Below, one piece after another: positions 36,503-45,560 of a DNA stretch of 64,000 nt. This DNA is from Candidatus Sulfotelmatobacter sp. GTDB taxonomy: Bacteria; Acidobacteriota; Terriglobia; Terriglobales; Acidobacteriaceae. A program made the translations under genes and the position numbers. Below the pieces are notes generated by a model. It was given only the letters and a program-made list of their open reading frames with translations. It did no database searches and was not told the origin of the DNA. How positions within the stretch are numbered: position 1 is the stretch's first letter; each line of letters begins with the position of its first letter. Location of the stretch: the NCBI GenBank assembly GCA_035308125.1, contig DATGHF010000007.1, forward strand, positions 12,863 through 76,862, read 5' to 3'.

Positions 36503-37356
36503 GAAAGATCGACGCGAACCTCGCAGCCCATCTAGCGGAAGCATTCGCGCCGCTGAACACCGAGGCGGCAGCACATGCATTTCCGCCCACTGCCTCCCTG
36601 TCGATGACCTTGGACAGGGCGATCCCAACCGGCGTAACAATGGTCGTACCGCATGCGAAAACCCTTGCGATCACAAAAATGTTTACCACCGCAGCAGTGG
36701 ATATGTGGATGCGCGGAGTTCATAGCTTTCTCATCTCGACCTCACTGACAGACGTAAGCCCCATCTGGGCGTCCGTGACGGGTTATTACTCAAGCCACTA
36801 CACAGTCCGCTCAATCGCCCACCTCCTAGGCTTTTTTCAGCTGTTCAACAGAAAGAGAATCGTTCGTCTGGAATACGCGAATAGCAGTTTCGTCTGCGCG
36901 TTCGATCCGAAGACTAGTCACGACCGCGAACATCGCTTTTATTGGAACGTCGTAAAGTCAAACCCACTCTTTGCCGGGGATCCGTTTTTTACGCAAAATC
37001 TTCCCGGCGACGAGTCAGACGTATCACATCGCGACCGAGCAAACTACGCGGATCACCTCCCAACATTTCCTGCGTTCAGGCCACTCGATGCGGAGGCGGT
37101 CAAGAACCGCATCGAAAGAATCTCTGACATCGAATTTAAGGCTCCCCCAATTCCAAGAGTCAGCCTCTATCCTGATGTCGAATCAGTCCAAGTGATCGCC
37201 TACCATCGCCTCGTACGGTTTCGCGACTTGGTTGACGCTGCTGTGGGCACGAGTAACAGATTCTGGAGGGTCCACCGGGACCCTCCTTGGGCGAGAGACT
37301 TTATGGATTTTCAGCTTATCGAGGAACCAACACTGCGTGCCGAGTTCACACTGTAG
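36499..37356 (+). CDS. Uncharacterised 285-aa protein; possible HEPN-like Rx5H motif
   Basis: ATGA start/stop overlap with the upstream gene. It appears mainly alpha-helical by eye. RANYADH is encoded at 37036-37056. I recognise no family. Confidence 0.6.
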   Translation: MRKIDANLAAHLAEAFAPLNTEAAAHAFPPTASLSMTLDRAIPTGVTMVVPHAKTLAITKMFTTAAVDMWMRGVHSFLISTSLTDVSPIWASVTGYYSSHYTVRSIAHLLGFFQLFNRKRIVRLEYANSSFVCAFDPKTSHDREHRFYWNVVKSNPLFAGDPFFTQNLPGDESDVSHRDRANYADHLPTFPAFRPLDAEAVKNRIERISDIEFKAPPIPRVSLYPDVESVQVIAYHRLVRFRDLVDAAVGTSNRFWRVHRDPPWARDFMDFQLIEEPTLRAEFTL

Positions 37357-38463
37357 ATGAAATACATGGGCTCCAAGCGATGGATGCTACGAAACGGCCT
37401 CGGCGACCTGATTGATCGAGAGGTGAAGAACTCCGATCGATTCGTCGATTTATTTGCCGGGTCCGGAGCGGTCTCGACCCACGTGGCTAGAAAGTACAAC
37501 ATTCCCGTCGCAGCCTACGACCTTCAGACATTCAGCATAGCTTTATCCCGTGCGGTGCTGGGCCGGGAGTCAGAAGTTGAGGGGGAGTCGCTGTGGGCTG
37601 ACTGGTACAGACGCGCGGAAAATCTCCAGAAGTCACTGCGCCCTCCGTCCACAGCGGTATTGAATAAGATGACTATCAATTTGCATCGCGAGTGGTCCGC
37701 AAATCAGGGTTGGACAGTCACAAGGGCGTACGGTGGCTATTACTTCAGCGCGCCTCAGGCCGTGTGGCTAGACGCACTGATGCAGGGTCTGCCGACACAT
37801 GAGCCCGCTAGGAGTGTGGCCCTCGCAGCGCTAATCTCCGCCGCGAGCCAGTGCGCCGCCGCGCCCGGCCACACCGCGCAACCGTTCCAACCGACGCGCT
37901 CCGCAAAACCTTACCTCGTGGGAGCATGGCGGCAAGACCTAGTAGGCCGCTGCAAAAAGGAGCTATCGGCGATCTCTAAGCAGTATGCGAGAAGAACCGG
38001 GCACGCCGAGGTCGCTGATGCAAACGATATCGCGACGCTTCTTACCGATCGGGATCTCGCCTTTATCGATCCACCGTACTCCGGCGTGCACTACAGCCGC
38101 TTTTACCACGTGCTTGAAACGCTGGCGCGTGGTGCATGCGGCGCCGTATCTGGCACCGGTCGCTACCCCCCTAGCGCTGAACGACCGCGATCGAAGTACA
38201 GCTTAAAATCCGGGTCATCAAGCGCGCTGGAAGATCTGCTCAAAGCGATCTCGTCCCGACGCGCAAAGGCCATTCTTACGTTTCCCCAACGCAAATGCTC
38301 AAACGGTCTCTCCGGAAAGGTCGTGATCGAACTGGCCAGTGCGTATTTCACCACTGAGCAACATTGGGTCGCGTCGAAATTCAGCACTCTCGGAGGAAAC
38401 AATGACCATAGGGATGCGCGACGGTCAACGCGTGAACTTATCCTAGTACTGAGTCCACGCTGA
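37357..38463 (+). CDS. D12-class (Dam-like) N6-adenine DNA methyltransferase
   Basis: YMGSKRWML (Dam N-terminal motif), VDLFAGSGAVS (FxGxG AdoMet motif) and AFIDPPYSG (DPPY catalytic motif). The ATG directly follows the upstream TAG. Confidence 0.8.
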   Translation: MKYMGSKRWMLRNGLGDLIDREVKNSDRFVDLFAGSGAVSTHVARKYNIPVAAYDLQTFSIALSRAVLGRESEVEGESLWADWYRRAENLQKSLRPPSTAVLNKMTINLHREWSANQGWTVTRAYGGYYFSAPQAVWLDALMQGLPTHEPARSVALAALISAASQCAAAPGHTAQPFQPTRSAKPYLVGAWRQDLVGRCKKELSAISKQYARRTGHAEVADANDIATLLTDRDLAFIDPPYSGVHYSRFYHVLETLARGACGAVSGTGRYPPSAERPRSKYSLKSGSSSALEDLLKAISSRRAKAILTFPQRKCSNGLSGKVVIELASAYFTTEQHWVASKFSTLGGNNDHRDARRSTRELILVLSPR

Positions 38464-38665
38464 TGGCGATAGTCGGGGACTCTGACATCACTCCCTAAGG
38501 CGAGACCTCCCTCAAGCCCTCCAATCTCAAAACGCTACACCTCGAGAGGCCGTTTTTGGCGTGGCTTTTTGACCACACTTGCTGCCGGTATTTCGGCAAT
38601 CGTCCCTAAGTCCATCATGCGGACGCGTTTGCCGTGTTGACGCTTTTTGCCGCTTTTCCACAGAT

Positions 38666-38714
38666 GTTCCCGCGGGAACACTTTTACAAATCGACGATGT
38701 GTTCCTTCAGGAAC
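38666..38714. promoter_or_regulatory. Two GTTCC-N4-GGAAC palindromes 35 bp centre to centre
   Basis: aTGTTCCCGCGGGAACAc spans 38664-38681 (14-bp core 38666-38679) and gTGTTCCTTCAGGAACAt spans 38699-38716 (core 38701-38714). Both read directly. Confidence 0.5.
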
Positions 38715-38823
38715 ATTTCGCGATTTCGGTGTGGCTAGAAGCTAGCAGCTAGAAGCTGAGAACCGTCCCCACCGCTGACAACCGCCCTCACCCCCTCGGC
38801 TATAATGTTCACAAGGAGTACGC

Positions 38824-39768
38824 ATGGCAATCCAGAAGACTGACAAGATCTGGCACAACGGCAAGCTCATCAACTGGGACGACGCCACCATCCACGTGAT
38901 GTCGCATGTGGTGCACTATGGCTCATCGGTGTTTGAGGGCATTCGCTGCTACGAGGTGCCCTCGGGGCCGGCGATTTTCCGCGCCCAGGAACACATTCAG
39001 CGGCTGCTCGATTCGGCCAAGGTCTACCGCATCGACGTGAGCTTCACGCGCGAGCAGATCGTGAAGGGCATGCTCGAAACCGTGGCCCACAACGGGGCGT
39101 GGCCCTGCTACGTGCGTCCCATCATCCTTCGCGGATACGGCGAGGCCGGCGTGAATCCGTTCAATTCGCCGACCGAGGTTTACATCATCAACTATCCCTG
39201 GGGAAAATATCTGGGCGGCGAAACCGAAGGCTGCGACGTTTGCGTGTCTTCCTGGACGCGGATCGCGCCCAACACGCTGCCGGCGATGGCCAAGTCGGGA
39301 GCGAATTACATGAATTCGCAGCTCATCAAGATGGAAGCCATCGTCAACGGATACGTCGAAGGCATCGCTCTCGACGTGAATGGATTCGTCAGCGAAGGTT
39401 CCGGCGAGAACCTGTTCATCGTGCATCGCGACAAGCTGATCACCGCGCCGCTGGGCAACTCTGTGCTGCCCGGGATTACGCGCGACTCCGTGCTGCAGCT
39501 GGCCCGCGACATGAACATTCCGATCGTGGAGCAGATGATTCCGCGCGAAATGCTTTACATCGCCGACGAAGCGTTCTTCACCGGCACCGCGGCTGAAGTT
39601 ACGCCGATACGTTCCGTCGACAAGATCAAAGTTGGCAAGGGCGGAATGGGTCCGGTGACCAAGGCGCTGCAGAAGGAGTTTTACGCCATCGTGCGCGGCG
39701 AAAAATCCGATCGCCACGGCTGGTTGACGCCGGTTCCAGTGCGCGCGAAGCAGCCGGTCGGCGTATAA
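38824..39768 (+). CDS. ilvE: Branched-chain amino acid aminotransferase
   Basis: 314-aa ORF MAIQKTDKIWHNGKLINWDDATIHVMSHVVHYGSSVFEGIRCY, class IV aminotransferase. AAGGAG SD, with TATAAT at 38801-38806. Confidence 0.93.
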   Translation: MAIQKTDKIWHNGKLINWDDATIHVMSHVVHYGSSVFEGIRCYEVPSGPAIFRAQEHIQRLLDSAKVYRIDVSFTREQIVKGMLETVAHNGAWPCYVRPIILRGYGEAGVNPFNSPTEVYIINYPWGKYLGGETEGCDVCVSSWTRIAPNTLPAMAKSGANYMNSQLIKMEAIVNGYVEGIALDVNGFVSEGSGENLFIVHRDKLITAPLGNSVLPGITRDSVLQLARDMNIPIVEQMIPREMLYIADEAFFTGTAAEVTPIRSVDKIKVGKGGMGPVTKALQKEFYAIVRGEKSDRHGWLTPVPVRAKQPVGV

Positions 39769-39863
39769 TTCGTGGGCCACATCAATCAATCCGAGGGGCG
39801 CTTACAGCGCCCCTTTCGGCTTCTTGAATCAAAAAAACATAACACCCTCACAAGGAGGCAAGA

Positions 39864-40400
39864 ATGTCCCAGCAAGGAATGAGTCCTGAATTTGCTCTCG
39901 GCTATCGCGCCATGATGCTCGACGGCGTCGTGCGTGAAGCGGAAGTCACCAAGAAAGTAATCGCGGCCGTGCCCGACGCGGCCTCCAGCTACAAGCCCGA
40001 TCCCAATGCACGCACGGCGAAGGAACTGGCGTGGCACATCGCCAACACCGATATTCAGTTTCTCGATGGCATCGCCGACCTGAACTTCGGCATGGAGACG
40101 CCCGAACATAAGCCGCAGACCTCGGCCGAAGTGGTGGCGTGGTACGACGAAAATCTGAAGCGCGGTGCGGCCCGCGTGGCCGCCATGACGCCGGAGCAGT
40201 TGCTCACGCCCGTCAACTTTTTCGGCGTGTTTAACCTGCCCGCGGTGCTGTATCTGGGCTTCCTCAACAACCACAGCATTCACCATCGCGGCGAACTGGC
40301 GACGTATCTGCGGCCCATGGGATCGAAAGTGCCCTCGATCTATGGCGGCAGCTACGACGAACCGTTCCAGCCGCCTGCGCCGGCCGAGCAGGCCGCGTAA
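39864..40400 (+). CDS. DinB-family protein
   Basis: Contains ELAWHIANTD...NNHSIHHRGELATYLR, the DinB superfamily His triad pattern. Confidence 0.75.
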   Translation: MSQQGMSPEFALGYRAMMLDGVVREAEVTKKVIAAVPDAASSYKPDPNARTAKELAWHIANTDIQFLDGIADLNFGMETPEHKPQTSAEVVAWYDENLKRGAARVAAMTPEQLLTPVNFFGVFNLPAVLYLGFLNNHSIHHRGELATYLRPMGSKVPSIYGGSYDEPFQPPAPAEQAA

Positions 40401-40508
40401 GGGTCGAGTCGGTTAAAGCGGGGAAGCCGCCCGAAGGGGCGGCTTTCTTTTTTGAACTCAAGCCTCAACTGGGACGCTAACTGTTCAGCGCGCTCGCGCT
40501 GGCGCGTT

Positions 40509-40919
40509 TCATTTCCGCACCACACCAGTTCCGCACCACACCAACTCCACGTCGTATTTCTTGAAGGCCCGGTCCGAAGTGAGGATTGCCATGTCTTCGG
40601 CGATGGCCTGGGCGATGAGCAATCGATCGAAGGGGTCGGCGTGATGCGGGGGAAGATCGTAAACTTTGACCGCGTGGGTGAGGGTAATCGTGAGGGGCCG
40701 CAAGCCTTGTTTCGTCATGAAGGCTGGCACGGAAGTGGATGGAGGCCCCGGAAACGTCAGCTTCCCTAGCCGCATCTTGATGCTCAGCTCCCACGCGGTC
40801 ACAGCGGAAAGATATATTTCGTGGCGGCCGTCGGCGATGATCTTTCTCCCCGCGTCACCGATTCGGTCGACTTCATCCGTGCTCCAAAGCCAAACCGCGG
40901 TGTCGAGGAGATACTTCAC
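40509..40919 (-). CDS. vapC: PIN-domain toxin VapC
   Basis: MKYLLDTAVWLW...DPFDRLLIAQA...LTSDRAF, the PIN acidic residue pattern. There is a 4-nt overlap with the upstream antitoxin. Confidence 0.85.
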   Translation of the reverse strand: MKYLLDTAVWLWSTDEVDRIGDAGRKIIADGRHEIYLSAVTAWELSIKMRLGKLTFPGPPSTSVPAFMTKQGLRPLTITLTHAVKVYDLPPHHADPFDRLLIAQAIAEDMAILTSDRAFKKYDVELVWCGTGVVRK

Positions 40920-41194
40920 CGGCGTTTCCGCCTGCGCGGCTTTTCGAGTTTGGGAAGGTCCTCGCCGTAGAACTGTTTCAACAAGTCATCGGGCAAAGGC
41001 GCGTCGAAGTCGTCGGCGACCCAAACCTGACCGCGCGCAAATCCCAGCGGGCGGGCTTTGTTCTTGTCCGGCTCGATGGGAACCAGGCGGGCCACGGGCA
41101 CGCCGGAGCGCGCGATGGTGACTTCCTCTCCCGCCGCGACGCGCTGCAGCAGGCGGGAGAGATGAGTCTTGGCCTCGTGGATGTTGAATTCCAT
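40916..41194 (-). CDS. Phd/YefM-type antitoxin
   Basis: MEFNIHEAKTHLSRLLQRVAAGEEVTIARSGVPVARLVP, typical of a prevent-host-death family N-terminus. Confidence 0.8.
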   Translation of the reverse strand: MEFNIHEAKTHLSRLLQRVAAGEEVTIARSGVPVARLVPIEPDKNKARPLGFARGQVWVADDFDAPLPDDLLKQFYGEDLPKLEKPRRRKRR

Positions 41195-41365
41195 GGGGCT
41201 AGGATAGACTAAGTCTATAGACTAAGTCCAGTCGATGATACAAGTGACCAAATACGGCTGGCTCAAGTGCTGCGGCTGGCGCTCCACGGCGGCGGCGCCT
41301 GAGATCCCTCCGCCCCGATGAAAAACGCGGCGTCGGGATGACGAGAGCGTTTTGGGGTCTGCGCT

Positions 41366-41833
41366 TTACTTATTGCGCGCGTCGAGGCCGCGGTTATCGA
41401 GGCTCCACGGCCCTGATCCGAACTGCGTGATCAGCAGGGCGCCGCCCAGCATCGATACGTTCTTGAAAAACATGATCATCTGGATCTGCTGCGTCATGGG
41501 GTCGGCGACGCCCCAGAACTTGTGCATACCCGGCGTGATCAGGGCGAGAAACAGGACGATCAACCATGCCCCGATTTTGGCGCGATAGCCCAGCAGGACG
41601 GAAAGTCCTCCGACGAGTGCCAGGGCACCGCTCAACGGCACTGCGATCCCAGCCATGGGCACGCCCTGCGACGCGGCGTAAGCGATGGTCTGGCTCAGGA
41701 AGTGACGCGGGCCAGACATGATGAAAATCAGAGCGAACAGGAAGCGGCCTAGCAGGATGACGAAGCCGGATGCTGCGGCTGAAACGGGGATTGCTTGGGA
41801 TCGGGTGGGAAGGGTGGAACTGGTGGCTGCCAT
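41366..41833 (-). CDS. DoxX-family membrane protein
   Basis: AAGGAGA SD before the ATG at 41833. Contains LGRFLFALIFIMSG...GLSVLLGYRAKIGAWLI...FFKNVSMLGGALL. Confidence 0.8.
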   Translation of the reverse strand: MAATSSTLPTRSQAIPVSAAASGFVILLGRFLFALIFIMSGPRHFLSQTIAYAASQGVPMAGIAVPLSGALALVGGLSVLLGYRAKIGAWLIVLFLALITPGMHKFWGVADPMTQQIQMIMFFKNVSMLGGALLITQFGSGPWSLDNRGLDARNK

Positions 41834-42101
41834 TTTGGTTTCTCCTTGTTGAATTTGGGACGGCATGGGTTTCGTAAGAAATTCGGTCGAACGAAACGAA
41901 ACCGGCCTCCCGAAACTTTTCTAGCGGGCGAATCCAGACCCGCCGGGGCTAAAGCCCGTGCAAATTGCAAATGACTCTACGCGGCGCTCGAAGCGCCGCT
42001 CTTCCACGTCACCGCCGGCCTTCTTCTCGGCGCTGGGCACGACCGCTTCTGCAAGGCTGCTTGCCTTTATCGCGGCGCTGAAAGCGCTGCGCGGCCCTAC
42101 G

Positions 42102-42749
42102 TCAACGACTATGCGCGGGATCGTGCGCGGCGACGGAGCGGTCTTGCGCGGCAGCGTGCAGTTGTGCGATAGCTGCGGCACGCGAAGGTTCGGCCAGCTC
42201 TCCTCCGGGCTTCTGATTTTCGGCGTGGATGAAGGTGACGTCGGTCAATCCAATGAAGGCGAGGATGTGCCGCAGATACGGTTCCTGATAGTCATATTGT
42301 GCGGTCGGGGTGCTGGGGCGATAAGAGCCCCCGCGCGAGGTAATGACAATGACTTGCTTGCCCTGCAGCAGTCCCGCGGGACCGTTTGCCCCCCAGAGAA
42401 CGGTGCGGCCGACGCGCACCACCTGATCGATCCACGCTTTTAACGGAGCGGAGATGGTGAAGTTGTACATAGGCGCGCCGATCACGATGGTGTCCGCGGC
42501 CAGCAATTCTTCCACCAGCGCGTCGGAAACGGCGAGCGTCTCCTGTTGCGCCGGAGTGCGCTTCGCCGGATCGGTGTGAATAGCGATCGCCCACTCGTCG
42601 GTGATGAGCGGGAGGTGCGTGGTGGACAAGTCGCGTTCAATCACTTCTCCGGCAGGGTTCTCCTTTTTCCAGGATTCGACAAAGCGTTGCGTGAGCTGCC
42701 GCGAAACTGAGTTCCGGCGGGCGCTGGAATCGATACGAAGCAATTTCAT
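42102..42749 (-). CDS. azoR: FMN-dependent NADH-azoreductase
   Basis: MKLLRIDSSARRNSVSRQLT...IVIGAPMYNFTISAPLKAWIDQVVRVGRT. Confidence 0.88.
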   Translation of the reverse strand: MKLLRIDSSARRNSVSRQLTQRFVESWKKENPAGEVIERDLSTTHLPLITDEWAIAIHTDPAKRTPAQQETLAVSDALVEELLAADTIVIGAPMYNFTISAPLKAWIDQVVRVGRTVLWGANGPAGLLQGKQVIVITSRGGSYRPSTPTAQYDYQEPYLRHILAFIGLTDVTFIHAENQKPGGELAEPSRAAAIAQLHAAAQDRSVAAHDPAHSR

Positions 42750-43028
42750 GAGACCCTCCTGCCTTCAGTCTGGGTTAGATCAGGCCAGCTTCGCTTTGGT
42801 TACAATAAATAACTACTAGCTCTTTACATAGCAGGAACTTTATAGTAACCTAGTATCAAATCGGTGCAAGGCTTGCCGTCGACGGCACTTCAGCAGCGGC
42901 AGGTTGCATAGGTCGTTCGGGCCGCAAAAAACGCGGCCCTCAGGATGACCGATCAACCACGACGACCGGTCAAACACTAAGGGCGGATCGACCACCAAGG
43001 ACACGAAGTTACACGAAGGAAATCGACT

Positions 43029-43460
43029 ATGCCACGACGCTCTGTGAAATCCGCTGCTCCTTCTCCTTGCGCCATCGGCGAGCTGCTGGAGGTGCTGGCG
43101 CGGCCCTGGACGCTGCATATTCTTTGGGCCCTGAGCCACGAGGGGCCGATGCGGTTTGGAGTGCTGCGGCGGCAGGTGGATGGGATTTCGTCGCGAGTGC
43201 TGACCGAGCGGCTGCGGACTCTGGAAGAAAAGGGATTCGTGTTTCGGGATTACCAGCCGACGATTCCTCCGGCGGTGACCTACGGAATTACTGAGCGCAT
43301 GAAGGATATTGAGAAGGTGCTGGCGCAGCTGGAAGGATTGTCGCGCAAGTGGCACGGGCAACCGGGTGGCACCCATGGCGGGGGCGTGGCGGCGCCGGCT
43401 TCAGAGGCGGCGCGGAAACTTAAGGCTGTGTCCAAGCACGAGGCGGAGGCTGTTACCTAG
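43029..43460 (+). CDS. HxlR-family transcriptional regulator
   Basis: CAIGELLEVLARPWTLHILWAL...MRFGVLRRQVDGISSRVLTERLRTLEEKGFV. It is divergent from azoR. Confidence 0.88.
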   Translation: MPRRSVKSAAPSPCAIGELLEVLARPWTLHILWALSHEGPMRFGVLRRQVDGISSRVLTERLRTLEEKGFVFRDYQPTIPPAVTYGITERMKDIEKVLAQLEGLSRKWHGQPGGTHGGGVAAPASEAARKLKAVSKHEAEAVT

Positions 43461-43525
43461 GTCATCTTGGGGAAGGTGACGATTCGGTTCATCATAACGA
43501 AGAGCATTCAGGGAAACCCTCTTCG

Positions 43526-44647
43526 ATGAATATTGATGATCTGCTGCGGATTGCGACGGAACGCAAAGCCTCCGATTTGCATTTGAAGGTGGGCAATTAT
43601 CCCCACCTGCGCATTGACGGCGAACTGGTGCCGTTGACCGACCAACCGCGCATTGGCGCCGAAGACATGCTGACCATGGCGTTCAGCCTGATGTCAGCGC
43701 GGCAGAAACAAAAATTCAAAGAGACCACGGAAATCGATATGGCCTACGGCGTCGCCGGACTGGGCCGCTTCCGCGTGAACATTTTCCAGCAGCGCGGCAA
43801 TGTGGGACTGGTGCTCCGCGTGATTCCCACCAAGATTCGCGCGCTCGACGAACTGTTTTTGCCCAAAGTTGTCGAACAGATTTGCGATATGCCGCGCGGG
43901 CTGGTGCTGGTGACAGGCGTTACGGGGTCCGGTAAGTCGACCACGCTGGCCGCGATGGTGGATCGCGTGAATTCCTCGCGCGCGGAACATATTGTCACGA
44001 TTGAAGACCCCATCGAATTTCTGCACCGCGACAAGAAAGGCTACGTGAACCAGCGCGAGATCGGGGTAGACACGCCTTCGTTTGGGGCGGCGTTGCGCGC
44101 TTCCCTCCGTCAAGATCCGGACGTGATTCTGGTGGGCGAAATGCGCGACCTGGAAACCATTTCGACGGCGCTGCATGCGGCCGAAACCGGCCACATGGTG
44201 TTTTCGACTTTGCACACGCTGGACGCGGTGGAAACCGTGAACCGCGTGATTTCCATTTTCCCGCCGCCGGAGCAAAAGCAGATCCGCATGCAGCTCGCGG
44301 CCGTACTGCGCGCCATCGTCAGCCAGCGCCTGGTGAGGCGCTGCGACGGCGAGGGCCGCGTGCCTGCGGTGGAAGTGATGATCAACACGGCTTACATTCG
44401 CGAATGTATTCTGGTGCCGGAAAAAACCCGCGCCATTCGCGACGCCATTGCGGCCGGCACGTCGCAATACGGCATGCAGACTTTCGACCAGTCGTTGTGG
44501 GATCTTTTCCGCGCGGGCCTGGTCAACTACGAAACCGCGCTGGAGAACGCCTCCAACGCCGACGACTTCAAGCTGCGCATGCAGGGCATTGCGTCGACCG
44601 CGGATATTTCGCGGCAGTCGATGCAGTCGGCGGGGTTTGGGAGATAG
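43526..44647 (+). CDS. pilT: Type IV pilus retraction ATPase PilT family
   Basis: ASDLHLKVGNYPHLRIDGEL, Walker A GVTGSGKST, DPDVILVGEMRD and HMVFSTLHT. Confidence 0.85.
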   Translation: MNIDDLLRIATERKASDLHLKVGNYPHLRIDGELVPLTDQPRIGAEDMLTMAFSLMSARQKQKFKETTEIDMAYGVAGLGRFRVNIFQQRGNVGLVLRVIPTKIRALDELFLPKVVEQICDMPRGLVLVTGVTGSGKSTTLAAMVDRVNSSRAEHIVTIEDPIEFLHRDKKGYVNQREIGVDTPSFGAALRASLRQDPDVILVGEMRDLETISTALHAAETGHMVFSTLHTLDAVETVNRVISIFPPPEQKQIRMQLAAVLRAIVSQRLVRRCDGEGRVPAVEVMINTAYIRECILVPEKTRAIRDAIAAGTSQYGMQTFDQSLWDLFRAGLVNYETALENASNADDFKLRMQGIASTADISRQSMQSAGFGR

Positions 44648-44654
44648 GGGTTCC

Positions 44655-44710
44655 GCTTTCGGCTTTCGGCTTTCGGCTTTCGGCTTTCGGCTTTCGGCTT
44701 TCGGCTTTCG
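44655..44710. repeat. Perfect heptamer microsatellite (GCTTTCG)x8
   Basis: Eight identical units counted directly, beginning 8 nt after the pilT stop and ending about 120 nt before recX. Confidence 0.95.
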
Positions 44711-44831
44711 GTGTTAGAGATTTGCCTTCTGTATTCGGTTGCCTCCTTTTGGGCGCGCATTTTGCGCGCCCTTTTTTCGTGCCGGCTTTGTCCGCTGGCT
44801 ACTTGGGGCCAGGTAGGACTATCGTTGACCG

Positions 44832-45371
44832 ATGGCGTTCTCCCGGCCGAAGAAAGAGTCTTATTCCGAAGACGAACTCTACGAGTACGCCGTGGGCGCG
44901 CTGGCGCGGCGCATGCGCACCGTCGCCGAGTTGAAGCGACTGATGCGGGCGCGAGTGGAGGATGCGGAATCGGAGTATGGGCAGACGTTGATCGAACTGG
45001 TGATCCGGCGGCTGAAAGATCAGGGCTACCTGAACGACGCACAATATGCGGCGTATTATTCTTCGCTGCGCCGCGACAATCAGAAATTTGGGAAGATGCG
45101 CGTGGTCACAGAACTGAAAACGCGCGGGGTGCATGGCTCGGTCATCGAGAAGGCCATTGAGGATGCGTATGGCGGAGCGAGCGAAGAGAAGCAGGCGCGG
45201 GCATACTTGCGCAAGAAGCGCCTGGAAAAACCGAAAGACCAGAAGCAGGCGGCGCGGGTGTTTCGTCAGCTGGCGCGGGGCGGTTTTGGCACGAGGACCA
45301 TCTTCGCCATCCTGAAAAAGTGGGACGTCGACGACGAAACCTTGAGCGCGCTGGAAAGCGAGAGCGCGTGA
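44832..45371 (+). CDS. recX: Recombination regulator RecX
   Basis: DELYEYAVGALARRMRTVAELKRLM...GYLNDAQYAAYY, a three-repeat helical RecX pattern. It lies upstream of alaS, as in recA-recX-alaS loci. Confidence 0.8.
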   Translation: MAFSRPKKESYSEDELYEYAVGALARRMRTVAELKRLMRARVEDAESEYGQTLIELVIRRLKDQGYLNDAQYAAYYSSLRRDNQKFGKMRVVTELKTRGVHGSVIEKAIEDAYGGASEEKQARAYLRKKRLEKPKDQKQAARVFRQLARGGFGTRTIFAILKKWDVDDETLSALESESA

Positions 45372-45560
45372 GTCCTGGGGACAGACCAAGGAATCCAACG
45401 CTCCTACTGCCTTCGATTTGTATCAAATGACTACGTGCTTGGGGAGTTGGGCTGGGGAAGTTAGGCTTGTGGTTGCGGATGCTCATGGTTCATACTTACA
45501 CTCCTAATTCCTGCACAATCTAGTTTTCTGTCGACCTATCTCAATCGAGGAGGAATCACC

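Noticed and set aside
34687-38823. Direct repeats (att sites), a tRNA or an integrase flanking the DGQHR-methyltransferase module
   Set aside because: Both flanks are C-rich and repeat-rich, but I could not find a convincing shared direct repeat by eye. I also found no tRNA-like T-arm sequence and no recombinase ORF. How the module arrived is therefore left open.
44655-44710. CRISPR-like appearance of the heptamer arrays (also 31623-31672) and the nonamer arrays
   Set aside because: The units are 7-9 nt and directly abutting, with no spacers. They are microsatellites, not CRISPR repeats, and no cas genes are in the window.
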